In this document: in pieces, positions 8,420 through 17,197 of the stretch
How positions within the stretch are numbered: position 1 is the first letter of the stretch
Layout of the letters: the number at the start of each line of letters is the position of its first letter
Origin: an uncultured delta proteobacterium
GTDB taxonomy: Bacteria; Myxococcota_A; Polyangia; Fen-1088
Direction of reading: 5' to 3'
DNA length: 64,000 nucleotides
Assembly (NCBI GenBank): GCA_963824555.1
Contig: CAWGPW010000007.1
Coordinates: forward strand, 26,186-90,185
Program-made: the position numbers and the translations under genes
Notes under the pieces: model-generated
Database searches by the model: none
What the model was told of the DNA's origin: nothing
What the model saw: only the letters and a program-made list of their open reading frames with translations

Positions 8420-9805
8420 TCAGAACTGCGAGATGAACGCCCAGGCCAGCGGTGGAATAAAGGCCTTCAGGCCATCATCCCCGCCATTGGTCCCGTCATC
8501 CACGGCCGACGGAGTGTGTGCGCCATCGAACGTGCACACCTTGACAGGATAACCCGTCTTGCACCCTTCGAAGTCGTAGCAGACGTATTTCTTGCTGCCA
8601 ACCGTCGCCGTCGGGAACGTTGCGGGAACCGTGCAGCCATTGTCCGTGGCGTGCTGAATAACGCATGCTTTCCCGCCAGCGTTCCACCCACACGTATTAT
8701 CGCTCATGCCGGTCGTACTCATGTACGCGAGGGGCACATGATTATTCGTCGGTTGAGACAAAACGGTATTGGTCGGTGCCATCGTGACAGCGGCGCGCAG
8801 CTTCGTCGCACGCCCCACCGACAGCGTATAGCTAAACATCGCTCCGTAGCTGAAGCCGGTGGTGAAGACCCGGCTCTCGTCGATGCACAGGTCCGTGGTG
8901 ACTAGGGCGAGCAGGTCGTCGAAGTAAACGCTGTCCTTGTTGTAATCCCATAGCCCGCCGATGGGATCTGTGTCGGGGGCTACGAAAATGGCGGGTTGGT
9001 TCGCATCGGTCGCTTCGCGATGGAGCCCGAAATAGGCATAGTCTTTTGCGTCGAAGTTGGGACCATTAAATGCGGGATATAGGCCAGTCGCATTGCCGGT
9101 GTCCGAACCACCCATCTGGCGCCAGGAAAAGATCAGACGATACGGGTGCGTCGCATCGTAATCCGCCGGAATGTCGACGATGACGTCGCGACTAATGCCG
9201 CCACTCATAACCTTGAGTCTGGTCGACGTGGGGAGAGCGCCCGTAACCGACGTGCCGCCGGTCGTCAGCGTTTTCGCACCATCCGTGACGCCACAGCCTT
9301 TGCTCGGAACCGGTGCGGAGAGGCCTCCGGTACCGCCGTCCAAGCCGGTCGTGCCACCCGAGCCAGTCGCGCCACCCGAGCTTGTCGCACCACCCGAACC
9401 GGTCGCACCGCCACTGCCAGTCGCGCCGCCCAAGCGTGTCGCGCCACCCGAACCGCTCGCACCGCCACCGCCAGTCGCGCCACCCAGGCTGGTCGTGCCG
9501 CCCGAGTTGGCCGTGCCACCTGAGCTGGTCGTGCCACCCGAACCGCTCGCGCCGCCCGAAACGGTCGCGCCGCCCGAGCCGCGGCCACCACTACCGGTCG
9601 CACCGCCCGAGCTGGTCGCACCGCCCGAGCTGGTCACACCACCCGAGCTGGTCACGCCGCCCGAGCTGGTCGCGCCGCCTTTGCCCTGTGTGCCGCCATT
9701 GGCGCTGGCGCCTCCTTGGCCGGCAGCACCTCCGGTTCCTGAGGAACACCCGAGGAACCCAAGAAAGAGCGGGAGAGTGACCACAGTGAATCGTGCTACG
9801 CGCAT
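8420..9805 (-). CDS. Lipoprotein esterase, PHB-depolymerase / feruloyl-acetylxylan esterase (CE1-like) family, with a long Gly/Ser/Thr tether
   Basis: GGAGG RBS, then MRVARFTVVTLPLFLGFLGC (lipobox) and ~130 aa of GGATSSGG repeats. The catalytic part reads SKGCG…RDVIVDIPADYD…IFVAPD…RVFTTGFSYGAMF (GxSxG) …CTFDGAHT. The longer 789-aa track ORF is an upstream artefact. Confidence 0.9.
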   Translation of the reverse strand: MRVARFTVVTLPLFLGFLGCSSGTGGAAGQGGASANGGTQGKGGATSSGGVTSSGGVTSSGGATSSGGATGSGGRGSGGATVSGGASGSGGTTSSGGTANSGGTTSLGGATGGGGASGSGGATRLGGATGSGGATGSGGATSSGGATGSGGTTGLDGGTGGLSAPVPSKGCGVTDGAKTLTTGGTSVTGALPTSTRLKVMSGGISRDVIVDIPADYDATHPYRLIFSWRQMGGSDTGNATGLYPAFNGPNFDAKDYAYFGLHREATDANQPAIFVAPDTDPIGGLWDYNKDSVYFDDLLALVTTDLCIDESRVFTTGFSYGAMFSYTLSVGRATKLRAAVTMAPTNTVLSQPTNNHVPLAYMSTTGMSDNTCGWNAGGKACVIQHATDNGCTVPATFPTATVGSKKYVCYDFEGCKTGYPVKVCTFDGAHTPSAVDDGTNGGDDGLKAFIPPLAWAFISQF

Positions 9806-9930
9806 GCGAACCTCCAGGCTGAAAGCATCGTGCTCTGCATGGAGCGCTCCATGCACTCCTCGTCGAACGCCGACTCCGACGCTGGCGCACCAAGCCTGAC
9901 CATGGCTACTCCGCAGAACATCTTCATCGG

Positions 9931-9959
9931 TTGTGCAGTGGCGCGAGCGTGGCGATTCC
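9931..9959 (-). promoter_or_regulatory. Promoter-like element (GGAATC-N17-GCACAA) shared with the ECF sigma gene at 26069
   Basis: The coding-strand sequence cGGAATCGCCACGCTCGCGCCACTGCACAACC matches cGGAAACGGCACGCTGTGGCCACTGCACGAGC (25881-25912) at 25 of 32 positions in my hand alignment. It lies ~125 nt upstream of ATG 9805. Confidence 0.3.
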
Positions 9960-10207
9960 GTCTTGGCCCCCGATCCTGATGTGACGGCTCCGACGAGAGC
10001 TGCGACGACACCAGTCTGCCGGCCGGTGACGGGACCAACTCTGGCGAATTCGTGGTCCGTGCAGACGGGCTGACGGTAACCGGGCTTTAGCCCTCTGTTC
10101 GCCCAATGGCTGTTGCGGGATATGGTGGGAGTGCGTTGACGGTCAATGGGTCCAGGGGCCACCAGGAAGGCTTGGACGCCCGCGTAAGCCGTGGTACCAC
10201 CTCCGCC

Positions 10208-10993
10208 GTGAGCCTCGGACGTCGCAAGGTCGGTCTCGATGATCCCGCGCGATGGGTGTTCAATCGCATGGCCGACGTCTACGGTGCGCGGCCCGCCTAC
10301 CCGACAGCGCTGATCGATGTGCTGGCCGAGCTGGCACCCGGCCCGCGCGTAGGGGATCTGGGCGCGGGGATCGGGCATGTGGCGTTGCCCCTGGCCGAGC
10401 GGGGGTTCGACATCGTCGCCGTCGAACCGGCGCAGGCGATGCTGAATCGGCTGCGCGCGGAGGCGCGCAAACGCCGGCTGAAAGTCCGCGCCGTCCACGC
10501 GGCGGCCGAGGCCATGCCTCTCGACGAGGCCAGCTTGGATCTCGCGGTGGTGGCGGACGCGCTGCACTTCCTCGACGCCGAGCTCATCGCCAAGGAGGTG
10601 GCGCGCGTGCTTGCTCCCGAGGGTGCGCTGGCCATCGTGACCTGCGAGCTCGCCAAAACGCCGTTCATGCGCGGCCTGGTGGAGATCATCGAAGCGGCGG
10701 TGCCGAGGCGGCCACGCAAGCTGGACCACAACCTGGTTCAGGTTGCGGCGATCACCGGCGTCCGCTTCGCGCACGCGCGCCAGTTCCACGACGAGACGCC
10801 GGTGGACGGCGACACCCTCGAACGCATCTTGCGCTCCATTTCGTTCATCGGGCCGGCCATGAACCCGGCGCGCTTCGCCGCCTTTGGCGCGCGCGTTCGT
10901 GCCCTGCCGGGCCGGCCGACTTGGGCGCGAACCTTCACCTTGCGCGCGGGTCGGCGCCAGCGGCCATCCGGGGGTATGCTACGGCGGCGATGA
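10208..10993 (+). CDS. Class I SAM-dependent methyltransferase (start uncertain, 10106-10208)
   Basis: …ADVYGARPAYP…VGDLGAGIGHVALPLAERGFDIVAVEP… is the GxGxG SAM-binding motif, and …LDLAVVADALHF… follows. The ORF track frame is 10106..10993. Confidence 0.8.
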   Translation: MSLGRRKVGLDDPARWVFNRMADVYGARPAYPTALIDVLAELAPGPRVGDLGAGIGHVALPLAERGFDIVAVEPAQAMLNRLRAEARKRRLKVRAVHAAAEAMPLDEASLDLAVVADALHFLDAELIAKEVARVLAPEGALAIVTCELAKTPFMRGLVEIIEAAVPRRPRKLDHNLVQVAAITGVRFAHARQFHDETPVDGDTLERILRSISFIGPAMNPARFAAFGARVRALPGRPTWARTFTLRAGRRQRPSGGMLRRR

Positions 10994-11586
10994 GCGAATC
11001 CCAGCAGCGACTACCGGCGAGGCGCATCGAGCCCGAAGCGCGCGAGCGCGTGGCGCACGCGCTGGCCCACAACTTCGCCGCGGACCACCTCGATGCCGAT
11101 GAGCTGGAGGCTCGCCTGGCACGCGTCTACGCTGCCACGACGGCGGAGGAGCTGGCGGCCGTCGTCGCCGACTTGCCGGAAGTCGTCCCGGACGCCGCGC
11201 TGGCGCCGGCCAAAGCTCCCGAGGCCCGCCGCATCTCCGCCCTCTTCTCGGCCCAAGAGCAACGGGTGACCGGGATGGTTCCGCGCCGCCTCGAGCTTCG
11301 CAGCAAGTGGGGCTACGTCGAGCTCGATCTCACCCGGGCGACGTTCGAGCCGGGGCTCACCGAGATCGACGTGCGCGCATTCATGGGCTACGTCGAGATC
11401 CGTTTCCCGGCCGACGTGCGGATCGAGAGCGGCGGCCATGCGCTGTTCGGGTTCTTCTCGCTCAAGGGCGGCTCGGGCGACACCCCCTCGCCCTGCGTGG
11501 TCAGGATCACCGGCCGCGCAACCTTCGGCTACGCGGAATTCTTCGTGAAGAGAGACAAAAAGGCGTTGCCGCCCACTTCGGAATGA
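10990..11586 (+). CDS. DUF1707 / LiaF-C-terminal-like (cell-envelope stress) domain protein
   Basis: MSESQQRL…AADHLDADELEARLARVYAATTAEELAAVVADLP is DUF1707-like. It is followed by …WGYVELDLTRATFEPGLTEIDVRAFMGYVEIRFPADVRIE…. The ATGA start overlaps the methyltransferase stop. Confidence 0.8.
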   Translation: MSESQQRLPARRIEPEARERVAHALAHNFAADHLDADELEARLARVYAATTAEELAAVVADLPEVVPDAALAPAKAPEARRISALFSAQEQRVTGMVPRRLELRSKWGYVELDLTRATFEPGLTEIDVRAFMGYVEIRFPADVRIESGGHALFGFFSLKGGSGDTPSPCVVRITGRATFGYAEFFVKRDKKALPPTSE

Positions 11587-11589
11587 GCC

Positions 11590-12744
11590 TCACATCGCCC
11601 GAACCGTCGGCGGATGGGCGGTGCCTGTCGCGGTGGCGACGATCTGAAACAGGTTGAGCGCGCGGGCGCGGAATTGGGCCGCGCTGGTCAGAAGGTAGAA
11701 CTTCCACATGCGGTAGAAAGGGTCGCCGTAGCGCGCGCGCAGGGTCGGCCAAGCCCGATCGAATTTCGCCCACCAGGCCATGAGGGTGTGGTCGTAGTCA
11801 GGACCGATGTTGTGAACGTCTTCGACAACCAAGAGGTTGTTCATGGCCGTCGCCAATTGGCCCAGGGTGGGAATGACCGCATTGGGGAAGATGTACTTGT
11901 GGTACCAAGGATCGATCTGGGCGCGCGGTTCTTGGCCGCCGATGGTGTGGATGAAGACGATGCCTCCAGGCGCAAGGCAGCGCGCCGCCAGGTCCATGTA
12001 CGCGCGATAGTTCTTGGGGCCGACGTGCTCCATCAGCCCGATGGAGACGACGGCGTCGTAGCTGCCCGTCGCCTTGCGGTAGTCGTCGAGGCGGATCTCG
12101 ACCGGCAACTGCGCGTGGCGCTCTTGGGAAAAGGCCCACTGCTCGCGGGACACCGTGTAGCCGACGACACTCGCCCCATAGCGTTCGGCTGCGAACGCGG
12201 CGAAGCCGCCCCAGCCGCAGCCAAGGTCCAGAATGCGCATGCCCGGGCGGGCGCCGATCTTGCGACAAACCAAGTCGAGCTTCGCTTCCTGGGCGGCGTC
12301 CAGGTTGTCCGCGTTCTTCCAGTACGCGCAGGTGTAGACCATGCGCGGGCCGAGCATGGCCTGGTAGAGGTCGTTGCCAACGTCATAATGGCGTTCGCCC
12401 ACTTCGAAAGGCCGCGCGGCCTGCAGGTTGCGGATGCGCGCCTTGACCGCATTCGCCAGCAGAACCCAACTCTCGCTCAGCACGAGGTCGAGCTGCGCGC
12501 GCGTGACCCGCTCGAACATCTGGTCGATGGCCTGACAGTCCCACCAGCCCTCGACGTAGGCCTCGCCGATCCCGAGCGTTCCGTCGCGCAGGGCACGCAC
12601 GTAGACGCGCTGGTCGTGGACCTGGATGTCCCACGGGGCGTCGCCGCCGATGGTGATGTCGGCACGCCGGAGAAGCTCGCGCATGGTTTCGGCCGCGCGG
12701 CGCTCGTCGAATACTGACAGCAACCTCCGTGCTGTTCCAATCAT
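11590..12744 (-). CDS. cfa: Cyclopropane-fatty-acyl-phospholipid synthase
   Basis: …HYDVGNDLYQAMLGPRMVYTCAYW…ILDLGCGWGGFAAFAAERYGASVVGYTVS…SIGLMEHVG…FRMWKFYL… are the classic CFA synthase motifs. Start taken at MIGTARRLL (12744). Confidence 0.9.
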   Translation of the reverse strand: MIGTARRLLSVFDERRAAETMRELLRRADITIGGDAPWDIQVHDQRVYVRALRDGTLGIGEAYVEGWWDCQAIDQMFERVTRAQLDLVLSESWVLLANAVKARIRNLQAARPFEVGERHYDVGNDLYQAMLGPRMVYTCAYWKNADNLDAAQEAKLDLVCRKIGARPGMRILDLGCGWGGFAAFAAERYGASVVGYTVSREQWAFSQERHAQLPVEIRLDDYRKATGSYDAVVSIGLMEHVGPKNYRAYMDLAARCLAPGGIVFIHTIGGQEPRAQIDPWYHKYIFPNAVIPTLGQLATAMNNLLVVEDVHNIGPDYDHTLMAWWAKFDRAWPTLRARYGDPFYRMWKFYLLTSAAQFRARALNLFQIVATATGTAHPPTVRAM

Positions 12745-13955
12745 GCCGAACCGTCCGCTGTGTGACCGCGCCCGAGCCACCGGTCGGCCCCGTTCAAGGC
12801 GACGTCGATGAGATGGGGCGCGGGCAGGCGGGCGCCCGAGAACAACCAGGCAAAGCCCGAGCTGACCGCGTGCCTGGATCTTCGCGAGAGAAAACTATCG
12901 GAAGGCGCCGCAGGACGCGCGGGCGAGGATGGCGAGAAGCGGCTGCGCAAGGAGCTGGCGGTCTCGCGCAGGCGAAAGACGCGCCGGTAGTCCGCCAGCA
13001 CCGGATGGGCGGCAAGACGAGTCGGATAGCTCGCGGGCTCACCGGCTAGAATCGCCTCGGCGAGCAGGCGACCCGAAAGCGCCGCGGGCAAGATCCCCTC
13101 GGCGGTGATCGGTTGCGCAAGTCCCAGGCTGTCGCCGATGAGATAGACACCGCCCTTGCCATCGTCGGAGACGCGCGCGGCCCCGCGTAGGTGTTCCGGG
13201 TGGTAGAGGAAGTACGAGTACCCTTTCATGGCGTCCAGCTCGGGGTCCGAGTCGGCGGGCACGTGGCCAGCGGCACGGAAATTCGCGCGTGCGCTCTGCC
13301 AGGCGGTCCGAACGTCCTTGGGATCCACGGTGCCGGTTCCGATGTTCAGCCAATCGGTCTTGGGCACGTTCCAGGAATAGCCGGACAGATCGTCATGCAG
13401 AAGCAGTTCGGGCTCGCCGTCTCGGCCCAGGCGCGTGCGGGCAATAGCAGCCGGATCGGCGCGAAACTCATGTTCTTGCACGCCAACGGGGCCCATCGGT
13501 CGCGCCGGCGGAAACCGGCGAGCGACCGGGCAGTGCGTTCCGCCCGCGCCCACCAGGTGGCGCGCACGGAGACCTGCGACCGACCACGATCCGTCCCCGT
13601 CGCGCGCGATTTCGCCAACCGGGGCGCCGAGATGCAGCTCGGCGCCGCTTGTGCGCAACAGGAAATCGTCGAATTCGAAGCGGCGGACGAACCACCCGTG
13701 GCACGGGATGGCGCGATCTTCCCCGCCGTAGCGAACGTGGCAGGTACGCCACTCCCAGCGCCCGCCTGGATAGCCGTACGGGGACAGCTCGAGTACGTCC
13801 CAGATGGGCGGCGACAGCCAGCCCGAGCACAGTTTGACCCTGGGAAATTGGGAGCGATCCACCACGGCGACGTGTAAACCGGCCCGGGCCAGGAAGCGCG
13901 CGCAGGTGCTCCCCGCCGGCCCGCCACCAACGACAATCGCATCGAGGACATCCAT
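12741..13955 (-). CDS. FAD-dependent oxidoreductase (geranylgeranyl-reductase-like family)
   Basis: MDVLDAIVVGGGPAGSTCARFLARAGLHVAVVDR is a GxGxxG Rossmann motif, and …YLIGDSLGLAQPITAEGI… follows. Its stop overlaps the cfa start in an ATGA at 12741-12744. Confidence 0.85.
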   Translation of the reverse strand: MDVLDAIVVGGGPAGSTCARFLARAGLHVAVVDRSQFPRVKLCSGWLSPPIWDVLELSPYGYPGGRWEWRTCHVRYGGEDRAIPCHGWFVRRFEFDDFLLRTSGAELHLGAPVGEIARDGDGSWSVAGLRARHLVGAGGTHCPVARRFPPARPMGPVGVQEHEFRADPAAIARTRLGRDGEPELLLHDDLSGYSWNVPKTDWLNIGTGTVDPKDVRTAWQSARANFRAAGHVPADSDPELDAMKGYSYFLYHPEHLRGAARVSDDGKGGVYLIGDSLGLAQPITAEGILPAALSGRLLAEAILAGEPASYPTRLAAHPVLADYRRVFRLRETASSLRSRFSPSSPARPAAPSDSFLSRRSRHAVSSGFAWLFSGARLPAPHLIDVALNGADRWLGRGHTADGSA

Positions 13956-14036
13956 GGTCCGAAATCTAGCTCACGCCGCGCGAATTCCCAGCTCCGAGCG
14001 CATTTCGAAAGTAACGTGGGTGTAGAATCGGGCAGG

Positions 14037-15629
14037 CTAGGGACAGACCTTCGCGCCGCCGGCGCTGCGATAGGCGTTCGTCTTGCTGACGAAGTTGCCG
14101 CCATCGGTTTCAGGCGTCGTCGGGCCGTCCGCGCCGGCGCCGAAGTAGAGCCCCACGATGTGCGCGGCCACGACTTCGTCCATGTGCCCGAAGAAGTAGT
14201 CGAGCCGGTTGTCCTGGTAGTGATAGTTCGTGTTGTCGAGGCTCATGTTGCCGACCGGGATCTGCCAGTACAGCACGGGCAAGCCGAGGCCCTCCGCGAC
14301 TGCCTTCGTCCAGGTGAACGCCTGGTGAAAATTGGGCAGGGTGGCGTTGGTGTCGTCCCACCACGTGTCCCGACCCTGCGTCTTTTCGTAAAAGCCGGCG
14401 TCGCGATCCGACACGTCGCTCACGATGAAGTCGCCGTCCTCGGCGCCGAGCGCGGTCAGGAACGTCACCATCTTCTGCGCCTCGCCCAGCACGTCCAGTT
14501 TCGCATCGCTGTTGCCGAAGACGTCCATGCTGGTCCCCCACGCCGACGCATGCAGCCCGACCTTGGCATTAGGCGCGTAGATGCGCACCATGTGGATCAT
14601 GCATTGGGCGACTCCCGCGGCGCTGTTCTCGTAGCCCGCGCAGTCGGTTGCGTTGGCGCTGGCCACCTTGGCCGGCACTTTGTGCGGATCCGAGCTCAGC
14701 TGTTCGACGTAGCCCCAGAAGTCCGGCTCGATATGCAAGAAGGCCACGTGCGTTCCGATCTTCTGCAGCACGAAGCGCCAGTCGGCCAGGTAGCGCGTGA
14801 GGAAAACCGCATCGTCGAGCGCGGCGACCTGCGCGGTTCCCTCGGTCAGGCCCGAGGTCTGCAGCTCCTCGTAGTAGGTGAACATCGGGATCTGATTGGG
14901 CGACGCTTTCTCGTTGGTGCTGACGAAGCTCAGGACGTATTGCCCGGGCGGATCTTGGTCGTACTGCCAGCAACCCCACCAAGCACACGCGCCGCCGACG
15001 CAAGAGCTCCCGCCCGCGGTGCACCCCGTGGCACAGGACGCGCAAGGCGCGCTCCCATCGAAGAGCCCGCCCGAAAGGTACAGGTATCTGCCGTCGAAGG
15101 GCGCCTTGGCCGCGGTCGCGTCCTCCATCGCTCCGCCGATGAGCACCGAGTCCTTGCCGAGCGACGAAAGGAAGGCCGAGCCGATGCAATCGCCTGGGTT
15201 GGTGGCGCCATCGATGCCAGTCAGCCCCCCGCTTCCCGTGGAGCCGCCCTTGTCGGCAATCCCGCCCGTACCCACGCCACCATCCACACCCGTGTTCCCG
15301 CCCTTCCCCGTCGCACCGCCCGCGCCAGTCTTTCCGCCCGCGCCCAGCACTCCGCCGGCGCCTCCACCTTTGCCGCCGCTGGCAATATTGGCATCGGCAG
15401 GGAGGGATGCGTCCCTTGCGCCTCCCGTGCTCACGACGCCCCCCGTGCCCGTGACGCCTCCCATCCCCGTAGCGCCGCCCGTGCCTCCAGTTTCCACCCG
15501 TCCACCTGCCCCGGCGCCACCCGGCGTCGCTGCATCGACAGTCCCGCCGCTGGACGATGAACAGGCGGCCCCCACGACGATGCTGAGACAGGTGAACAAG
15601 GCAGCGTGTTGAATCCGGTGACTCGTCAT
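14037..15629 (-). CDS. Lipoprotein with Gly-rich tether and a putative glycoside-hydrolase-like domain (family not assigned)
   Basis: GGGAGG RBS, then MTSHRIQHAALFTCLSIVVGAAC (lipobox) and a Gly-rich tether. Then …FLHIEPDFWGYVEQ…VGLHASAWGT…LYWQIPVGN…. The IEPD and HASAWG motifs vaguely recall GH6-type sites, but this is not firm. Confidence 0.8.
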   Translation of the reverse strand: MTSHRIQHAALFTCLSIVVGAACSSSSGGTVDAATPGGAGAGGRVETGGTGGATGMGGVTGTGGVVSTGGARDASLPADANIASGGKGGGAGGVLGAGGKTGAGGATGKGGNTGVDGGVGTGGIADKGGSTGSGGLTGIDGATNPGDCIGSAFLSSLGKDSVLIGGAMEDATAAKAPFDGRYLYLSGGLFDGSAPCASCATGCTAGGSSCVGGACAWWGCWQYDQDPPGQYVLSFVSTNEKASPNQIPMFTYYEELQTSGLTEGTAQVAALDDAVFLTRYLADWRFVLQKIGTHVAFLHIEPDFWGYVEQLSSDPHKVPAKVASANATDCAGYENSAAGVAQCMIHMVRIYAPNAKVGLHASAWGTSMDVFGNSDAKLDVLGEAQKMVTFLTALGAEDGDFIVSDVSDRDAGFYEKTQGRDTWWDDTNATLPNFHQAFTWTKAVAEGLGLPVLYWQIPVGNMSLDNTNYHYQDNRLDYFFGHMDEVVAAHIVGLYFGAGADGPTTPETDGGNFVSKTNAYRSAGGAKVCP

Positions 15630-15788
15630 GGGGCCTCCCGATGTGACTGGGCAGGTCGATCATCTCTCGCTTGCGCACACGATGACCAGCAAAATCTTGG
15701 TGGCGACAATTCAGGTGATGCACTTCCACGTGCGTAAGGTGAGCTATTTCCCGCGCCTGACACGACTGCGTCCACGAGGAATCTCAAG

Positions 15789-17156
15789 ATGAAAGTCACG
15801 CCCGCCTATCACCGGCCTTGCCGCGTCTTCGCCTTTGCCGGCTTCGCCCTCCTGATCGCGCATTCCGCCGGCTGCTCCGACGGCAATCAGAAGGGTGGCA
15901 GCGGGGGAGGCTCGGGCAGCAACACCGGCGGTTCGACCGGGGCCGGCGGCTCATCTGGCAAGGGCGGCATGGGCGGGGGCTCGGGCGCCGGCGGTTCTGG
16001 CCTTTCGACTGACGGAGAGCATGGCGGCGGTGGAGGTGGGATATCCGGCGGTGCAGGCGGCGCGGACGCCGGGACTGGCCATGGTGGTTCGGGTGGCGCC
16101 GGAGGTTCGTCTGCCAAGACCGGCTCGGACATCGGCTCGGGCGGCAGCGGCACGGGTGGTGCGACCGGCGGTGCGACCGGCGGTGCGACCGGCGGAAGCA
16201 ACGGAGGTCTCGATGGCGGGACGCCTGACGTCGGGTCGGGCGGCACGGGCGGCGGGATCGGCGACGGCGGTCCACAAGGAACCGATAGCGCCTCGGGCCC
16301 CGCGGACGGCGACTCGAGCGGAAGCGTCGGCTGTGCAAGTTACCCGGTGTGGAACTCGAAGGTGACCTACGATACGGCCGGCCAACTCGTCGAGTACAAC
16401 TGCAAGCTCTACCAAAACCAGGGTTTCGCCTACGACGTGAACCCCGAAACCAACAACGGTCAGTACTACCAGTGGCTCTTGATGGGACCTTGCAGCGAAA
16501 ACAACTGCGCCATGGGCGAGGGTCCGTGGATCGCGTGCGGAAGCTATGACCACTGGACCAGCGGCGCCTACGAGGTCTTCAACGACGTCTGGGGCGGAGG
16601 CGCCGGGCCTCAATGCATCACCGCCTGGGACGGAAGCCACTTCGCCGTGCAAAGCACCCAGCCCGCCACCAGCGGCGTCAAGTCCTACCCCAACAGCGGC
16701 TTCCTCAACGTCGGCAAGACCATCAGCTCCCTGGCCACGTTCACCAGCAGCTTCGACATCACGGTCCCCAGCGATGGCGACTGGGAAGCGACCTACGACA
16801 TCTGGGTCCCGACCGAAATCATGATCTGGATGTACACGGTCGGGAACGTCGGTCCCATCGCGACCTCCTGGGATTCGACGGGCCAGCCAGTCCCGAGCGC
16901 CACCGACGTGACCGTGGGCGGGCACACCTGGAACGTGTATCACCAGAACGGCGGCAGCAACGTCATCTCGTTCGTGCGCACCACCAACACCACCTCGGCG
17001 ACGGTCGACATCCTGGCCCTGGTGAAGTGGGCGATAACCCAGAGCTGGATTCCCGACGGAACCATCGGGGCGGCTCAGTTCGGCTTCGAGATCAGCGGAA
17101 CGAACGGTGTGGCGACCGACTTCACCTGCAACAGCTTCTCGCTAACGGTCAACTGA
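15789..17156 (+). CDS. GH12 endo-beta-1,4-glucanase/xyloglucanase lipoprotein with a CBM5/12-like module
   Basis: Lipobox LIAHSAGC and a Gly-rich tether. The module CASYPVWNSKVTYDTAGQLVEYNCKLYQ…YQW is CBM5/12-like. The catalytic part carries PTEIMIWMY (the GH12 E-[IL]-M-I-W nucleophile motif) and QFGFEISG (acid/base). Confidence 0.9.
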   Translation: MKVTPAYHRPCRVFAFAGFALLIAHSAGCSDGNQKGGSGGGSGSNTGGSTGAGGSSGKGGMGGGSGAGGSGLSTDGEHGGGGGGISGGAGGADAGTGHGGSGGAGGSSAKTGSDIGSGGSGTGGATGGATGGATGGSNGGLDGGTPDVGSGGTGGGIGDGGPQGTDSASGPADGDSSGSVGCASYPVWNSKVTYDTAGQLVEYNCKLYQNQGFAYDVNPETNNGQYYQWLLMGPCSENNCAMGEGPWIACGSYDHWTSGAYEVFNDVWGGGAGPQCITAWDGSHFAVQSTQPATSGVKSYPNSGFLNVGKTISSLATFTSSFDITVPSDGDWEATYDIWVPTEIMIWMYTVGNVGPIATSWDSTGQPVPSATDVTVGGHTWNVYHQNGGSNVISFVRTTNTTSATVDILALVKWAITQSWIPDGTIGAAQFGFEISGTNGVATDFTCNSFSLTVN

Positions 17157-17197
17157 CATCGACATCGCCGAGAACATCGACCGACCATTTCGCGCGT

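Noticed and set aside
14016-15560. 514-aa plus-strand ORF antisense to the lipoprotein gene 14037..15629. Similar long antisense or shadow ORFs occur at 24106..25530, 31891..33354, 39467..40603, 40637..42523, 43646..45142, 45313..46710, 47572..49074 and 50940..52406.
   Set aside because: These are typical high-GC shadow ORFs. They are Arg/Ala/Gly/Pro-rich, lack recognisable motifs, and overlap genes with clear family signatures on the other strand.
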